From positions 1 to 41,411 of the IMG/VR virus record IMGVR_UViG_3300015050_000930: a stretch of 41,411 nt of DNA; one strand, 5' to 3'. Position 1 is the stretch's first letter, and every line of letters starts with the position of its first letter. The position numbers and the translations under genes were made by a program. This document shows, in pieces, positions 24,049 to 34,302 of the stretch. Source of the DNA: a virus (lineage: Duplodnaviria > Caudoviricetes). The notes below the pieces were generated by a model. That model was not told where the DNA came from. It ran no database searches and saw nothing but the letters and a program-made list of their open reading frames with translations.

Positions 24049-24929
24049 CAGAACATCATCGCCGCAGCGGTGCCGATTGCGCCCATGGTCGCGGCGTTCC
24101 CGCTGTTGGCACTTGCTGTGCCGGCGTTGTAAAGGCCCTGAGCGTCCTTGCCTGCTGCGGTGGCGGCTCCCAAGTAGTCAGCGCCTGCGGTCTGCCCTTG
24201 CTGGGGGGTATTAGTAAAAGTCGGGTTTGTGACCTGTGACCCGGTGCGAACCGCGTTGAGCATGTTCAGCGGCTGGTTCTGCAGCGCTGTCTTGAGCGAC
24301 ATTTGCTGATTCTGGGCGTTCTGGCCGACGCTGATGCCGTTCAGAGCGGCCTGCATGCGCAGATCGTTTTCTGATTGACCTTGCGTGCGCATGGCGTTGT
24401 CGTAGGCTTCCGAACCCTGGGTAATGCCTTGATTTGCTAATTGCGCATCAAGGGCCTTACGGCTTTGGTCAATCTGCGGTTGGAACCGCGCCATCAAGGC
24501 GTCTTGCCCCGTCTGGCCTGGGCTCACCATGTCCTTGGGCAAGTCGTCCAACGTGATGTTGTTGGATAGTGCGCTATCGACGTAGCCTAGGCCGCGATCA
24601 GCCAAAGCCGAAAGGCCAAGGCTGGTTTTGTTCTGCTGATCAAGTAGGGCTTGTTGGGTCGGGTTCAGGCTCTGAGTGACCGTCCAGCCGCCGTCGCCTT
24701 GACTGGCATCATGCGTGTACGTCAAGTTTCCGTATGGAGTGACTTGATTGACGCGGTTCGCAGCGGTGGTGGCGCGTGCCGCCTCCAGATTCCCGGCTGC
24801 GGTCTGCTGGGCCGCGCCTGCATAGTCCACGGGCGGCGGTGGCGAAGGAGAGTCTTTAAAGCAGATCCAGCCGCCGAAGAGCTTGCGCTGAGGCGCCCAG
24901 TAGATATGTCCGTCGATGTCGTATTTCAT
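24048..24929 (-). CDS. Small DNA ejection / pilot protein (P22 gp7-like position)
   Basis: NRVNQVTPYGNL motif; Gln/Asn/Ala-rich; hydrophobic C-terminus. Confidence 0.75.
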   Translation of the reverse strand: MKYDIDGHIYWAPQRKLFGGWICFKDSPSPPPPVDYAGAAQQTAAGNLEAARATTAANRVNQVTPYGNLTYTHDASQGDGGWTVTQSLNPTQQALLDQQNKTSLGLSALADRGLGYVDSALSNNITLDDLPKDMVSPGQTGQDALMARFQPQIDQSRKALDAQLANQGITQGSEAYDNAMRTQGQSENDLRMQAALNGISVGQNAQNQQMSLKTALQNQPLNMLNAVRTGSQVTNPTFTNTPQQGQTAGADYLGAATAAGKDAQGLYNAGTASANSGNAATMGAIGTAAAMMF

Positions 24930-25348
24930 TGGTCAGCCCTTAGCCATCTGCACTCCTCGCGCAGCATTCGCAAAATTAGCCCGTCCTTTTCGCCATACCA
25001 GCACTTAAGACGGCCCTCTTCAATGAACCCTAGACGTTTGTCCATTTTCAAAGCGTAAATATTCCCGTCCTCTATCACTGCGGTGATGCGGCGCTTGCCT
25101 GCCGTAATGAAGGCGTAGTGAAAGAGAACGTCGAGAAACTGTCGTGTGAGAAAGTGAGGCGAAACACTGGCCGCGCTTAGCTCGCAGTTGTGTTCCATGA
25201 ACCTCGAAAAAACAGCGACTCCCAGGATTCCCCCATCCGGGCTCAAGCTCGCGATGCACACGCATGGCGACTTTTCGGGGTCAAACTTGACGTTCAGTAT
25301 TCGGTTAATGAACTCAAAATACTCAGGCTTTTGCTTAATACAGACCAT
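24926..25348 (-). CDS. GNAT-fold virion assembly protein (P22 gp14 / T7 gp13 position)
   Basis: N..ALKM.KRLGF..EGRL GNAT motif. Confidence 0.8.
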   Translation of the reverse strand: MVCIKQKPEYFEFINRILNVKFDPEKSPCVCIASLSPDGGILGVAVFSRFMEHNCELSAASVSPHFLTRQFLDVLFHYAFITAGKRRITAVIEDGNIYALKMDKRLGFIEEGRLKCWYGEKDGLILRMLREECRWLRADQ

Positions 25349-26904
25349 CAGACAACCCCACCACCTTGCAATAGGTAATCAGTCGATGCCCAGCGCATGC
25401 GGCAGTTCTTCATAGCGCCCTTCATGTGGGCGGATATGCAGTAACCTAGACCAAAGGCTGTTTGCCAGTCCCTGCGGATCTGCAAATCCCCTCCCCACGT
25501 AAACCCACCGTCCCACGTCGCCAGATCCCAAATTGCGCTTGTGTTGGCGGTAAAGGTCGGAATCCCAGTGGGGTCGGTCGTGTCAAAGTCGGTATTCACA
25601 CCCAAAAGAACGGCAGGGGAGCCATCGGTTGAAATGATGGGCCGAAGCATCTTGACCTGCTTGAGTTGCCCACCCTTTCCGAAGTAATTAAAGCTCTGCT
25701 GCGCCTCGAAATTGATGTTCTCGCCGTTGTCTGCCGTGGTATCCCATGCCTTGCACACGACCCCATCCGACCCAAAAAACAACAAATCCTCATGCAACTC
25801 AAAGCACGTTGCGTTCCAGCCGATAAACTGGGACCATGCCCCGCTGATCGTGTTCATAACGAGTTGGTAGGAGGCCGTCGTGCTAATTGGGACATTCACC
25901 AGCAACATGTCCTCTTGCGGGAAGAGCGCAGCTTCCCAACCGAAATTTGTTCCGTACTGGGTGATGTACCCAGAAGTTGCATCCTGAATCTTGTCGGTCA
26001 GCATGACCTGCGAATTCACGCGGGACGACATCAGCGACTTGGACAATGGAGCCAAGCCGTCCTTGCAGATCAGCGTCAGATCGCCTGCGTATTTCATCAG
26101 GCAGCGCCGGCCTATTGGGGCGCCCACATCAAACACGCCGATCTTTCCCCAGGTGTTGGCTGAGGCCGGGTCTGTGCCTTTATAGACAGCGACTTGCCCC
26201 TCTGAGGTCACAAACACCACATAGTCATCCATGCCGTAACCAGCATCGAGCGACCACGTACCCATTGCCATCAAGTAGCCGCCCCGGTCAAACTGGCTTG
26301 ACAGGTCAAAGGCGGAGGCAGCCCCACCGATAGACAACACCGGCAGATACCAAACCTTGAGCGTGTCCTTTTCAACAAACCAGAGGCGAGACTTTGCAAC
26401 GGCTACATGAATCAAATTGGTGGTAGTCACGCCGGTTATTGCCGGGGTGCTCGCGCCGTCAACAGCGACCCAGCTTGTGCCGTCATACAGTTGCGGCTTA
26501 TCGGTGCCGTTCACCAGATACATGAAATTCCCGCCAGCAGTGCCGAAATTGACGTGCTGCCACCGGTCGGAGGTTTGGCCGGAAACCACTGCAGCACCCA
26601 CTGGGCCCCCAACGGTCACGTCATAAATATTCGCGCCTGCAGCGGCGAACAACTCCGACACACCGGATGGCGGCGAATAGGAGGCCACCGTGTGCACCGT
26701 GCCAGTAATACCTGTGGCGTACTGGCTGTATCCGTCCCTCACCTTCACGTCATACGGCGTGCAATAGAAGTTGTCCAGCGATATCGCGTCTGTTTCCTTC
26801 ATCATGGCCAGCGGGTCGCGGGCGTTCCAGCCCCCGGTAGGGGACGAAACGGACAGCGTTACCGCAGCCTGTTGACGAGACAGGCTTTTCTGGGGCTTGC
26901 GCAT
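25348..26904 (-). CDS. Tail tubular protein B / DNA stabilisation protein
   Basis: 518-aa beta-rich protein; PTGGWNARD start; synteny. Confidence 0.8.
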   Translation of the reverse strand: MRKPQKSLSRQQAAVTLSVSSPTGGWNARDPLAMMKETDAISLDNFYCTPYDVKVRDGYSQYATGITGTVHTVASYSPPSGVSELFAAAGANIYDVTVGGPVGAAVVSGQTSDRWQHVNFGTAGGNFMYLVNGTDKPQLYDGTSWVAVDGASTPAITGVTTTNLIHVAVAKSRLWFVEKDTLKVWYLPVLSIGGAASAFDLSSQFDRGGYLMAMGTWSLDAGYGMDDYVVFVTSEGQVAVYKGTDPASANTWGKIGVFDVGAPIGRRCLMKYAGDLTLICKDGLAPLSKSLMSSRVNSQVMLTDKIQDATSGYITQYGTNFGWEAALFPQEDMLLVNVPISTTASYQLVMNTISGAWSQFIGWNATCFELHEDLLFFGSDGVVCKAWDTTADNGENINFEAQQSFNYFGKGGQLKQVKMLRPIISTDGSPAVLLGVNTDFDTTDPTGIPTFTANTSAIWDLATWDGGFTWGGDLQIRRDWQTAFGLGYCISAHMKGAMKNCRMRWASTDYLLQGGGVV

Positions 26905-27609
26905 TTACCAACTACCCCGAGGAACCAGAATCGCCGGCTGAATCTCCCACTGAGCACCATCCATGCTCAGGGTCGGCTTACCAGCGTCCTTCGCCATCTT
27001 GTCCACGACGCGGCGCTCGTACTTGGCAAAGTCTTCGGCGTAGTCCAGGCCTTTTGCGGCTTTCCAGCGCCAGATTGTTCCCAAGATGACAATGCGGTCA
27101 TCAATCAGCGGTGTATCAGCGTCATTTGTCCATGTTTCGGAAGTGCCGCCCAATGACGTAGTAATCCAATTCTTGGTGTTGTACTCAAAGGCGCACGATT
27201 CACCAGCTGCCGGAGCTGGGTAAAACAGAATCTGGTCGTTCTTGATGCGAAAGCTGTTGAACGGCCCATTGAGCTGCAAGGCTTTGTCCTGCTGCCACAC
27301 TTGCTGAGTGCTGGGGCCATAGACCGGCCGGCGCAACGAGCGGTTCCAGATCGTGTCATTGACGATGCTCTCGAAACCGGGGGCGATAGTTGCCAGCGTG
27401 CCCTGCAGCTCAGCGGCGACGGTTGTGAATGTGGCCTCTGTCTGCAGGCCCTGCCAGTTGTAGCGCTCTTCCAGCTCCTGCCCCTCTTCCTCACTGATCG
27501 CCAAAAGCTGGATGATCTGAGGATCCGTCGAGCCAACCGCAGCATTGGGTGCGAGTATCCCTATGCGGCGGCAAGCTGTCTGGATTATTTGGAGGCAGGT
27601 CTGGGCCAT
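26905..27609 (-). CDS. Head-tail adaptor / tail tubular protein A
   Basis: CLQIIQTACRRIG...WRWKAAKGLDYAE; synteny. Confidence 0.8.
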   Translation of the reverse strand: MAQTCLQIIQTACRRIGILAPNAAVGSTDPQIIQLLAISEEEGQELEERYNWQGLQTEATFTTVAAELQGTLATIAPGFESIVNDTIWNRSLRRPVYGPSTQQVWQQDKALQLNGPFNSFRIKNDQILFYPAPAAGESCAFEYNTKNWITTSLGGTSETWTNDADTPLIDDRIVILGTIWRWKAAKGLDYAEDFAKYERRVVDKMAKDAGKPTLSMDGAQWEIQPAILVPRGSW

Positions 27610-27621
27610 GTGTTTGCTCGG

Positions 27622-28245
27622 TTATGCGGTTTCAGCTTCTTTGCGAGGCCTGCCACGGCGCGGGGCGTCTTCGGAAGCCTCTAGGGCGTCCAGGCGGCTT
27701 GTCAGCGCTGCAAGCTGTTCTTGCTGGCGGCGGATGGTTTCATTGGCGTCTGCCAGCTCTTTAACCACGGGCGAAAGGTCGGTTTTGGCCTTGATATCAC
27801 CTCGGGCCATATCCCGCAAAACCCGGCCATCCATGCCAATGTCGCCAAGCGAGGAATCAGGCACTGCGGCCAGGTCTTCCACCGTGGGGAAGCGCTGGGC
27901 CAGTTGATCGCGGCGGCTCTTGAGGATCCGCTCCCATGTCAGCAACGGCGTACCGTTGCGGGGCAAAACCTTGCCCTCACGCCATGCGGCCAAGCCAGCC
28001 TTGAATTCACTTACCCATGCCGGGTCATACAGGCCCTTGCGTGCATCGCCATCTTTGCGGGTGATGAATTCATCGGCGAAGAACTCCAGCGGGTCACCTT
28101 TGTGGCCGTGTGGGGTGATCAGGATGAAAGTCACCATCTTGGGGACTTCGTAGCCCTTTTCCTTGGATGCTTCGGCGTCGGCGCCGTGCTCGCGGTCTTG
28201 GAACATGAAAAACGGAACTCGGGACATGGGGTCGGCGTAGGCCAT
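27622..28245 (-). CDS. Hypothetical head-region protein with C-terminal RRGRPRK
   Basis: AGGAG RBS before ATG 28245. Confidence 0.75.
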   Translation of the reverse strand: MAYADPMSRVPFFMFQDREHGADAEASKEKGYEVPKMVTFILITPHGHKGDPLEFFADEFITRKDGDARKGLYDPAWVSEFKAGLAAWREGKVLPRNGTPLLTWERILKSRRDQLAQRFPTVEDLAAVPDSSLGDIGMDGRVLRDMARGDIKAKTDLSPVVKELADANETIRRQQEQLAALTSRLDALEASEDAPRRGRPRKEAETA

Positions 28246-28305
28246 CAGAAAACTCCTTTGGGTTAAAGCGGTAGCGCTTTTGCGGTGGACTCGTCTGAAT
28301 CCACT

Positions 28306-28332
28306 GAAAAAGCGGCCCCGAAGGGCCGCTTC
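28306..28332 (-). terminator. Intrinsic terminator after the capsid genes
   Basis: AAGCGGCCC-TTCG-GGGCCGCTT followed by a T run. Confidence 0.85.
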
Positions 28333-28334
28333 TT

Positions 28335-29057
28335 TTAGGTCACGATCTGCATGCAGCTCGGGTTGTTCAGCACGCCAGAGCCGAAGCCGGTGTAGGTGCC
28401 GGTAACCGTCAGGCCGCCACCCGCCAGAAGGGTGTTCTTGCCGGAGGCCGTACCGATGGCCGTCCCGATGTACACAGTCTTGCCGTCCGGGTCCAGCGCA
28501 GCGACCACCGTAGAGGCGGACAGGTAGCTGGCCAGAGACACCGTGCAACCCAGGAACAAGCCGTCATACCCGTTGGGGCAGAAGAACTTGTTTTGGCCTG
28601 CGTTCATCGTCGCGTTGACGGTGACCGTGCCAGTAGCAGCCACGCGGTTACGGATGCCCAGAACCTGCTTGCCGGTCGCGGTGGCGCCCAGAATGCCGGC
28701 TGCTGCGATGGCGAGAACGCCATCAGCTGCCACGGTCGCATTGGTCTTGTAGACCGCACGACCGCGAATCTGGATCCATCCGTAAGTACCGGATGCCATG
28801 GGGGCCATGGCGATGCCGAACGGGAAGCCCTGAGTGACCGCCGAAGGAAGCAGCGCTGAGTTGAATGATTCGTCCCACATGCAGACAGAACCCTTGAGGA
28901 TCGCGTCGGCAGATTTGACGTACATGAACTCACCGAAGCCCCAGTAAGGATCAACAGCAGGAACTACCAGGCCAAGGGCTTGGCGCTGGGTCGTGTCAGG
29001 AACGAACCAGTCATTGAAGGGCGTAACGCCCGCGAAAGGAGAAATTGGTGCAAACAT
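28335..29057 (-). CDS. Capsid decoration / minor head protein
   Basis: Follows the MCP; GEFMYVK...YGWIQI.G motif. Confidence 0.7.
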   Translation of the reverse strand: MFAPISPFAGVTPFNDWFVPDTTQRQALGLVVPAVDPYWGFGEFMYVKSADAILKGSVCMWDESFNSALLPSAVTQGFPFGIAMAPMASGTYGWIQIRGRAVYKTNATVAADGVLAIAAAGILGATATGKQVLGIRNRVAATGTVTVNATMNAGQNKFFCPNGYDGLFLGCTVSLASYLSASTVVAALDPDGKTVYIGTAIGTASGKNTLLAGGGLTVTGTYTGFGSGVLNNPSCMQIVT

Positions 29058-29069
29058 GTTGATTGCTCC

Positions 29070-30065
29070 TTATGCTTTCATGACGCCCTGCAGCGAGCGG
29101 TTGCTCACTGTCAGATTGCCTTGCCAGATGATGGTTTTTACCAGCGCATCCTGATTGATGGACTCAACGTCATCCAGCATGGTGATGTTGGCGTCTTTGT
29201 GGACGACCATATCCAGGTAGTTGGTGTTGAGGAAATAGGCGTGAGCGCCTGGAATACCACCGGACGAGTCGAAGAACACATCTGCGGTTTTGTACTTCAT
29301 GCTCAGCATGCCGCCCTTGCCCGTGTCTTCCGGTGCGTACCGCTTCAAGCTCGTCTGCGATTGCTCGTAGAAGGTGAAGTAGTCGTCCGACATGACGATC
29401 AGGTTGGGCATGTCCATGCCGCGAGTCAGGCGGATCCACAGCGGCAGCATCAGGCTTTCAATCGTCGTTGCGGACGGAGTGATGCCCGAACCACCTTGCA
29501 GCGGGGCAGCAGCCGACTGAACGGTGTTCTGCCAGAAGCCGTATGTGCTGGAGTTGATACCGCCCACAGTGCCGGTGCCGGCGTCTGCGATCAGGGCTTG
29601 GAGGCCGTTGATCTGGTTCGCTGCGGTGCCGTCGCTGTACAGGTCGGTAGACAGACCGTTGGCAAACGAGTGCTGGGCATTCTTCACCTTCGCCTTGACG
29701 AAGTTGATAATGCGGTTCTCGCCGCTGTTGGTCCGCATTTCCAGGCCGGAAACTGCGAGGTTCACCGCGACTTGACGCCACGGGAATTCAGCGGCGGACA
29801 GAACGTCCACAGCTGCGATGTTCAGCACGTCATAGCCCGAATAGCGCTGATAGGTGCTGTTGCTGGCGTATTCCAGCGGTTGGACAATGCTCAGACCGCC
29901 ATCTTCTAGACGAACTTTCCCCTCGCCTGTCAGTTTGCGGTAGAGCGCGTTGTGTTTGCTAATGTTGTCAGCGACTTCCTTCGAGTGGTTGCGAAACGTG
30001 GTTGTGACCAGCTCCGAAAACACGTTAAAGGCGCCGGCTGCGTAGCCTTGACCTGGTGATGCCAT
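29070..30065 (-). CDS. Major capsid protein
   Basis: 331 aa after the scaffold; ADNISKHNAL...YSGYD...LYSDGT...INGLQAL; AAGGAG RBS. Confidence 0.9.
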   Translation of the reverse strand: MASPGQGYAAGAFNVFSELVTTTFRNHSKEVADNISKHNALYRKLTGEGKVRLEDGGLSIVQPLEYASNSTYQRYSGYDVLNIAAVDVLSAAEFPWRQVAVNLAVSGLEMRTNSGENRIINFVKAKVKNAQHSFANGLSTDLYSDGTAANQINGLQALIADAGTGTVGGINSSTYGFWQNTVQSAAAPLQGGSGITPSATTIESLMLPLWIRLTRGMDMPNLIVMSDDYFTFYEQSQTSLKRYAPEDTGKGGMLSMKYKTADVFFDSSGGIPGAHAYFLNTNYLDMVVHKDANITMLDDVESINQDALVKTIIWQGNLTVSNRSLQGVMKA

Positions 30066-30084
30066 TTGATGGCTCCTTTAAAAA

Positions 30085-31173
30085 TTAGGCGCCCTGCATT
30101 TCGCGCAGTTTTGCCCGGATGGTGTCTTCCATAGAACCTATGGGCTGTGAAACCGGCATTGATGGGCGGGGCCGCGTGTTAACGCTTGCCGCTGTCTTTG
30201 CCGCTGTCGCCTTCTTTGCCGCCTCGGCTCGCTGCTCTGCCTGCTGTTGAGCTTGGACAAGTGCGCGAGTGGTCGGGTTGGCCCAGACGGCTTGCTCATA
30301 GGCATCTGTGAGGCTGGAGGCCTGGCCCGCTTGTAGAAGCGCGGCCATGTGCCCCCTGACACTCTCAAAATGACTATGTTTCGGGTCGGAAGCAAAAGAG
30401 GAGATTTCGCTGTTGAGCGTTGCCTCCTCCTGCTGCTGGCCCTGTGATTGCTGGTTTTGGATGTACCCGGACAACTGCTGTACCTGCTGCTGCAGGGCGG
30501 CAATGTTCGGATCTATCGGCGTGTGTTCAACCTGCTGCACTGCGGCCATGTCGATGCCGTAGTTGCGTGCAAGCTGTGCGAAATATTCGTGCTTCTCTTG
30601 CGGCGAGCCATAGCGCAACTTGTGGTCGCCGGCCATGAGCTGTTCAATCGCCTTGTCTGCTGTAATCCCAAGCGTTTGCAGGGTCTGGGCGTGTGGCGTA
30701 ATGACGCGCTCCATCGCCTGGCCGAACCCTGCAGCTTGCTTGTAGCCTTCAATACCCTTGTGGAAATCAGCCTCACGCCGGGTAATTTCCGCCCGCGCCT
30801 CAAGCGGCAGGCTGGCCCAGGTCGCGGCTACTTCCTTTTTCCATGTGTTTGGCGCTGCGTCCAGCGGTCCGGCCACGGTGGGGGCTACAGGCGCAACCGG
30901 TGCAGCGGGGTCAACAGGTGCGCTCGGGTCAACTGGCGACTGTTTGGCAAACTTGCCTTGCTCATCCCGGATGCGCTGGGCTTTTTCCTCTGGGGTTGCT
31001 GGTGTTTCTGGTGCGCCTACATCGGCCGCCTCACCCTTGGACTGAAGATCGCGCAGGGTATTGCGGATCGTGTCATCCATCGAGACAGGCGCTTCGGTCG
31101 CTTGCGTCTCAGGGGTTGCGGTGTCAATTACCTGATCAACTTCGGGGGTTGCCCCTTCGTTTTCGAGTGCCAT
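30085..31173 (-). CDS. Scaffolding protein
   Basis: Acidic helical protein with RDEQGKF motif, before the MCP. Confidence 0.8.
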   Translation of the reverse strand: MALENEGATPEVDQVIDTATPETQATEAPVSMDDTIRNTLRDLQSKGEAADVGAPETPATPEEKAQRIRDEQGKFAKQSPVDPSAPVDPAAPVAPVAPTVAGPLDAAPNTWKKEVAATWASLPLEARAEITRREADFHKGIEGYKQAAGFGQAMERVITPHAQTLQTLGITADKAIEQLMAGDHKLRYGSPQEKHEYFAQLARNYGIDMAAVQQVEHTPIDPNIAALQQQVQQLSGYIQNQQSQGQQQEEATLNSEISSFASDPKHSHFESVRGHMAALLQAGQASSLTDAYEQAVWANPTTRALVQAQQQAEQRAEAAKKATAAKTAASVNTRPRPSMPVSQPIGSMEDTIRAKLREMQGA

Positions 31174-31190
31174 CAAAAAACTCCAGACAT

Positions 31191-31215
31191 AAAAAAAGCA
31201 CCTCGAAAGGTGCTT
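31191..31215 (-). terminator. Intrinsic terminator
   Basis: AAGCACCT/AGGTGCTT stem followed by a T run. Confidence 0.75.
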
Positions 31216-31234
31216 GGTGGTGATGCCGTGGCTG

Positions 31235-31453
31235 TTAAGCCGTTAGCGCGTTCTGTAACTGTGTTGCCGCCTGCGCGGCTGTGTTGCTTGAGGTGAGCTG
31301 CGTCCAGCGGCTGCGGCCGGCGTAAGGCGCGATCACGCCAACGGCGTAAACATCAGTGACGGTCGGGCCGGGGATGAAGGAAACCAGCGTGATTTCCCGG
31401 CCGTCGGCGTTTGCGTCGAGTTGTGCAACAAGTGCGGCTTCAGTGAATGCCAT
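31235..31453 (-). CDS. Hypothetical protein
   Basis: AGGAG RBS; 72 aa. Confidence 0.7.
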   Translation of the reverse strand: MAFTEAALVAQLDANADGREITLVSFIPGPTVTDVYAVGVIAPYAGRSRWTQLTSSNTAAQAATQLQNALTA

Positions 31454-31461
31454 GATTGCTC

Positions 31462-31854
31462 CTAAACACCCGCCAGAGCGGCGGCCTTCTTTTCAGATGA
31501 GAGCTGAGCCCATGCCGTGCGGACAGTCGTGTCCAGCTTTGCATCGTTCTCTTGCTCCGCGTATTGCTTTTGCCGGTCGGCGTTCTTCTGCTCGCTTTCC
31601 CGGCCCTCCCAGTCTCTGCACCCTGCGGCCTTCATGTCGGCGCGGCGCTGGGCGTAGCTGGTGATCAGCTTTCCCGTGGCCGGGGATTGGTAGGCATCCC
31701 ATGGCTGAATGTCGGCGCGCATCATTGGTGCGGACAGTAGGCGCTTGTCGGTCTTTGCCTCGCAGCAAACCGGCGTGTCCTGGCACTGAGCCACGGGGCG
31801 GATGTACTCGTGGTACTTGCCGCACTTTAGGCAAACGGCCTCATACACCGGCAT
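31462..31854 (-). CDS. FmdB-like zinc-ribbon protein
   Basis: MPVYEAVCLKCG...PVCC; GGAG RBS. Confidence 0.8.
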   Translation of the reverse strand: MPVYEAVCLKCGKYHEYIRPVAQCQDTPVCCEAKTDKRLLSAPMMRADIQPWDAYQSPATGKLITSYAQRRADMKAAGCRDWEGRESEQKNADRQKQYAEQENDAKLDTTVRTAWAQLSSEKKAAALAGV

Positions 31855-34084
31855 TTGCTGGCTCCGGTTTGTCCGCGCTGATCTGGGCCGATGCAAGCGT
31901 CGTTTCCTGGCCAACAAGGGCAACGTCCATCTTCCCGGCGTTCTTGATGTGCTCAAGCTCCACCTTCAGGGCCGCGTCACGCTCAGCCAGACGGTCATCA
32001 AAGGCCATGCGCTGCTGCTCCAGCGCCGCATCAATGCGCGCCTGCTCGCCTGCGCGCTGCGATTCCAGCGTCTGCTGGTGCTGGTTCTGCATGGCCTGCG
32101 ATTCTTGCTTGCGCTGCTCGGTCTGGGCTGCAAGCTCGGCCTTCATCTGCTCGGCCTGCTGATTTGCAGCAAGCTCGGCCTGGTGCATCTTGCCCTGCAG
32201 CTCAGCCTTGAACTGCTCCAGCGCCTTCATCGCCTCAATCTTCCCGGCCTCTGGATCCTTGGGCGGTGGCGGCTGCTTCAGCTTGGAAATCACATCCTCC
32301 ACCGCAGTACCCATCTTGGCGCGGCGGCAGACCACCAACATCAGCTCTTTCAACATGCCAATATCCATGGCGCCTTTTTCAACGGCCGGGCCAAAGGCGT
32401 TCATCAAGTCGGCGAGACCCTTCAGCACCTGCTGCAAGCCCTGCATGTCGTCGTCCTGCGTGGCTGACAGGGTGCTGTCCGTCTCAATATCGATGCGGTA
32501 AGTCCGCGTAGCATCTGACCTCATGGCCTCTACAACCGCCTCCCATGATATGGGCATGGGTTGCTTGAGCTTTTCCAGCTCTGGGGGCGGTGGCGGTGGC
32601 TGCTGGCCCGTCATCTGGGCTTGCTGTGTCTGCATCTGGTACTGCTGCGCCATCTGCTCCAGACGCAACTTTTCAGCGTCAAGTTCGGCCTGATGTGGCA
32701 ACTGAACCAGGGTCATCTGCTCCAGCGTTTCAGGCTGGAACTTTTCAGCGATGATTTCGGCCTTTAGGCGGATCAAGTCGCGGATGTAGCGCTGAACTTC
32801 GCGCTGCATCCTCTGTAGGCGCTGTGTGCCCCACTGGGTCTTAATCTTCTGCGCTCCGAATGTCTCGTTCGGGTCGCTGGCGCTGCGCATAATGTCCGCA
32901 ATGCCGGTGATTTCGTAAATGATCTGTTTGCAAGCGTCACGCTGGATATACAGCTCACCGATGACCTTTGCGGCCATTTCAATCGGCATCATCCAGATCG
33001 CATTGTCCAACCCGCCACGGTCAAGGAGGGCCGTGACGTTGGATCCGGCAATCAGCTCATTGTCCGCAGCCTTCATCAACTGCGACAGCTCGCCCAGCGT
33101 CGAATCGTAGATGCCCCGGACTTTCAGCGCTTCAATCAGTTTGCTGATGCGCCCGCTGATCTTGTTCAACTCTTTCGCCTGCTGCTCGTACTGGGTGTAC
33201 AAAGCCGCAGGAATCAGCGTGTTGTTGTTCTCAATCGCGTACAGCGGCTTGGGATTAGGGAAAAAGCCGGACAGCCGCAGTGGATCGTCCTGAATCTTGC
33301 ACGGGACCGGGTAGGACTTGCAGATCCAAATGACCTCTTTGTCTTCCTTATTCCAGATTTCCCAGATTTCAGCCGTCTTGAACAGGTCTTCGCAGTCTTT
33401 GGACGACTTCACATCCTCATCGTCAGCCGAATCCAGCGGTATCTTATTGCCGATTTCCTCGCCGAACTTTTCAACGCAGTCTTCACGGGTAAAGCGATGG
33501 CGGAAACCTTCGGCCGTGACCTGCTCCCAAGTCTTGGCAGCACACAGGATGCGGAAGTCGTCATACTGGACGTTCTCCGCAATGACCTGCTCCCACTCGA
33601 TTTCCTCGTAAGCCTCCGGGTCTTCGCCCTCAACCGCCTCCTTACCCTCAATCTGGCGAATATCCGGGATGTACCGAATGCGCGACACAGCCCGACCAGG
33701 CAACAGCATGGACAGCACGTCAGCCTTGAGCACGCTATCGAAGTCATACACGTCCTGGCAGAACTCCAGCGAACGTGTCATGACCTCGGCAACAGCCTTG
33801 CCTAGCGGGTCTTCGTCCTGATACCTGCGGCGGGCGTCTGGCTGCGGCAGGGAGTTGTACACCGACTGCCTCAGCGTCTCTGTGTTCGTCCACAGGATGT
33901 TGAAACTATGCATAGCCGGGTTTTCTGGCGTGTACAGCTTGTAGATATCAGCCGACTTCTTGCGCCATGCCGACTCGCGCTTGTCCGCAAGCTTTAGCTC
34001 CAGCTTCCAGCGGCGAGCGATAGCCTCCGGAGATTTGCCCAGATCGCTGGGCTTCTCCAAGCTATTGGCGTTTGAATCGGTCAT
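31841..34084 (-). CDS. Portal protein
   Basis: FNILWTNTETL...ETFGAQKIK...YRIDIETDST; long Gln-rich coiled-coil tail; follows TerL. Confidence 0.9.
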   Translation of the reverse strand: MTDSNANSLEKPSDLGKSPEAIARRWKLELKLADKRESAWRKKSADIYKLYTPENPAMHSFNILWTNTETLRQSVYNSLPQPDARRRYQDEDPLGKAVAEVMTRSLEFCQDVYDFDSVLKADVLSMLLPGRAVSRIRYIPDIRQIEGKEAVEGEDPEAYEEIEWEQVIAENVQYDDFRILCAAKTWEQVTAEGFRHRFTREDCVEKFGEEIGNKIPLDSADDEDVKSSKDCEDLFKTAEIWEIWNKEDKEVIWICKSYPVPCKIQDDPLRLSGFFPNPKPLYAIENNNTLIPAALYTQYEQQAKELNKISGRISKLIEALKVRGIYDSTLGELSQLMKAADNELIAGSNVTALLDRGGLDNAIWMMPIEMAAKVIGELYIQRDACKQIIYEITGIADIMRSASDPNETFGAQKIKTQWGTQRLQRMQREVQRYIRDLIRLKAEIIAEKFQPETLEQMTLVQLPHQAELDAEKLRLEQMAQQYQMQTQQAQMTGQQPPPPPPELEKLKQPMPISWEAVVEAMRSDATRTYRIDIETDSTLSATQDDDMQGLQQVLKGLADLMNAFGPAVEKGAMDIGMLKELMLVVCRRAKMGTAVEDVISKLKQPPPPKDPEAGKIEAMKALEQFKAELQGKMHQAELAANQQAEQMKAELAAQTEQRKQESQAMQNQHQQTLESQRAGEQARIDAALEQQRMAFDDRLAERDAALKVELEHIKNAGKMDVALVGQETTLASAQISADKPEPANAGV

Positions 34085-34302
34085 ACGATGGCAGAGGGGT
34101 TCTGCAGGTAGAAGTTGTGGGCCGCGCTGACGTTCTGCGCGCCGGACTGCGTGAGGTTGTAATAAGCGAGCAGTCGCTCCCCCCATTGGCCCACGGGTAT
34201 GGTTTTCAGGTCAAACAGGGCGTGCCAATCCTCGTTGTACATACCGGCCGTGCTTGTAAGTGCCCGGACGTTTTCCTGTACTTGCTCGGTGAGTGATGCC
34301 AT
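34081..34302 (-). CDS. Hypothetical protein
   Basis: Between terL and portal; ATGA coupling. Confidence 0.7.
   Translation of the reverse strand: MASLTEQVQENVRALTSTAGMYNEDWHALFDLKTIPVGQWGERLLAYYNLTQSGAQNVSAAHNFYLQNPSAIV

Noticed and set aside
24040-24056. Frameshift fusion of the pilot protein to the diiron enzyme
   Set aside because: The junction is an ordinary TGATG stop-start overlap with no slippery sequence
22226-32467. Long plus-strand ORFs (e.g. 22226..23170, 28980..29909, 30448..31296)
   Set aside because: Antisense shadows of GC-rich structural genes, without RBS or motifs
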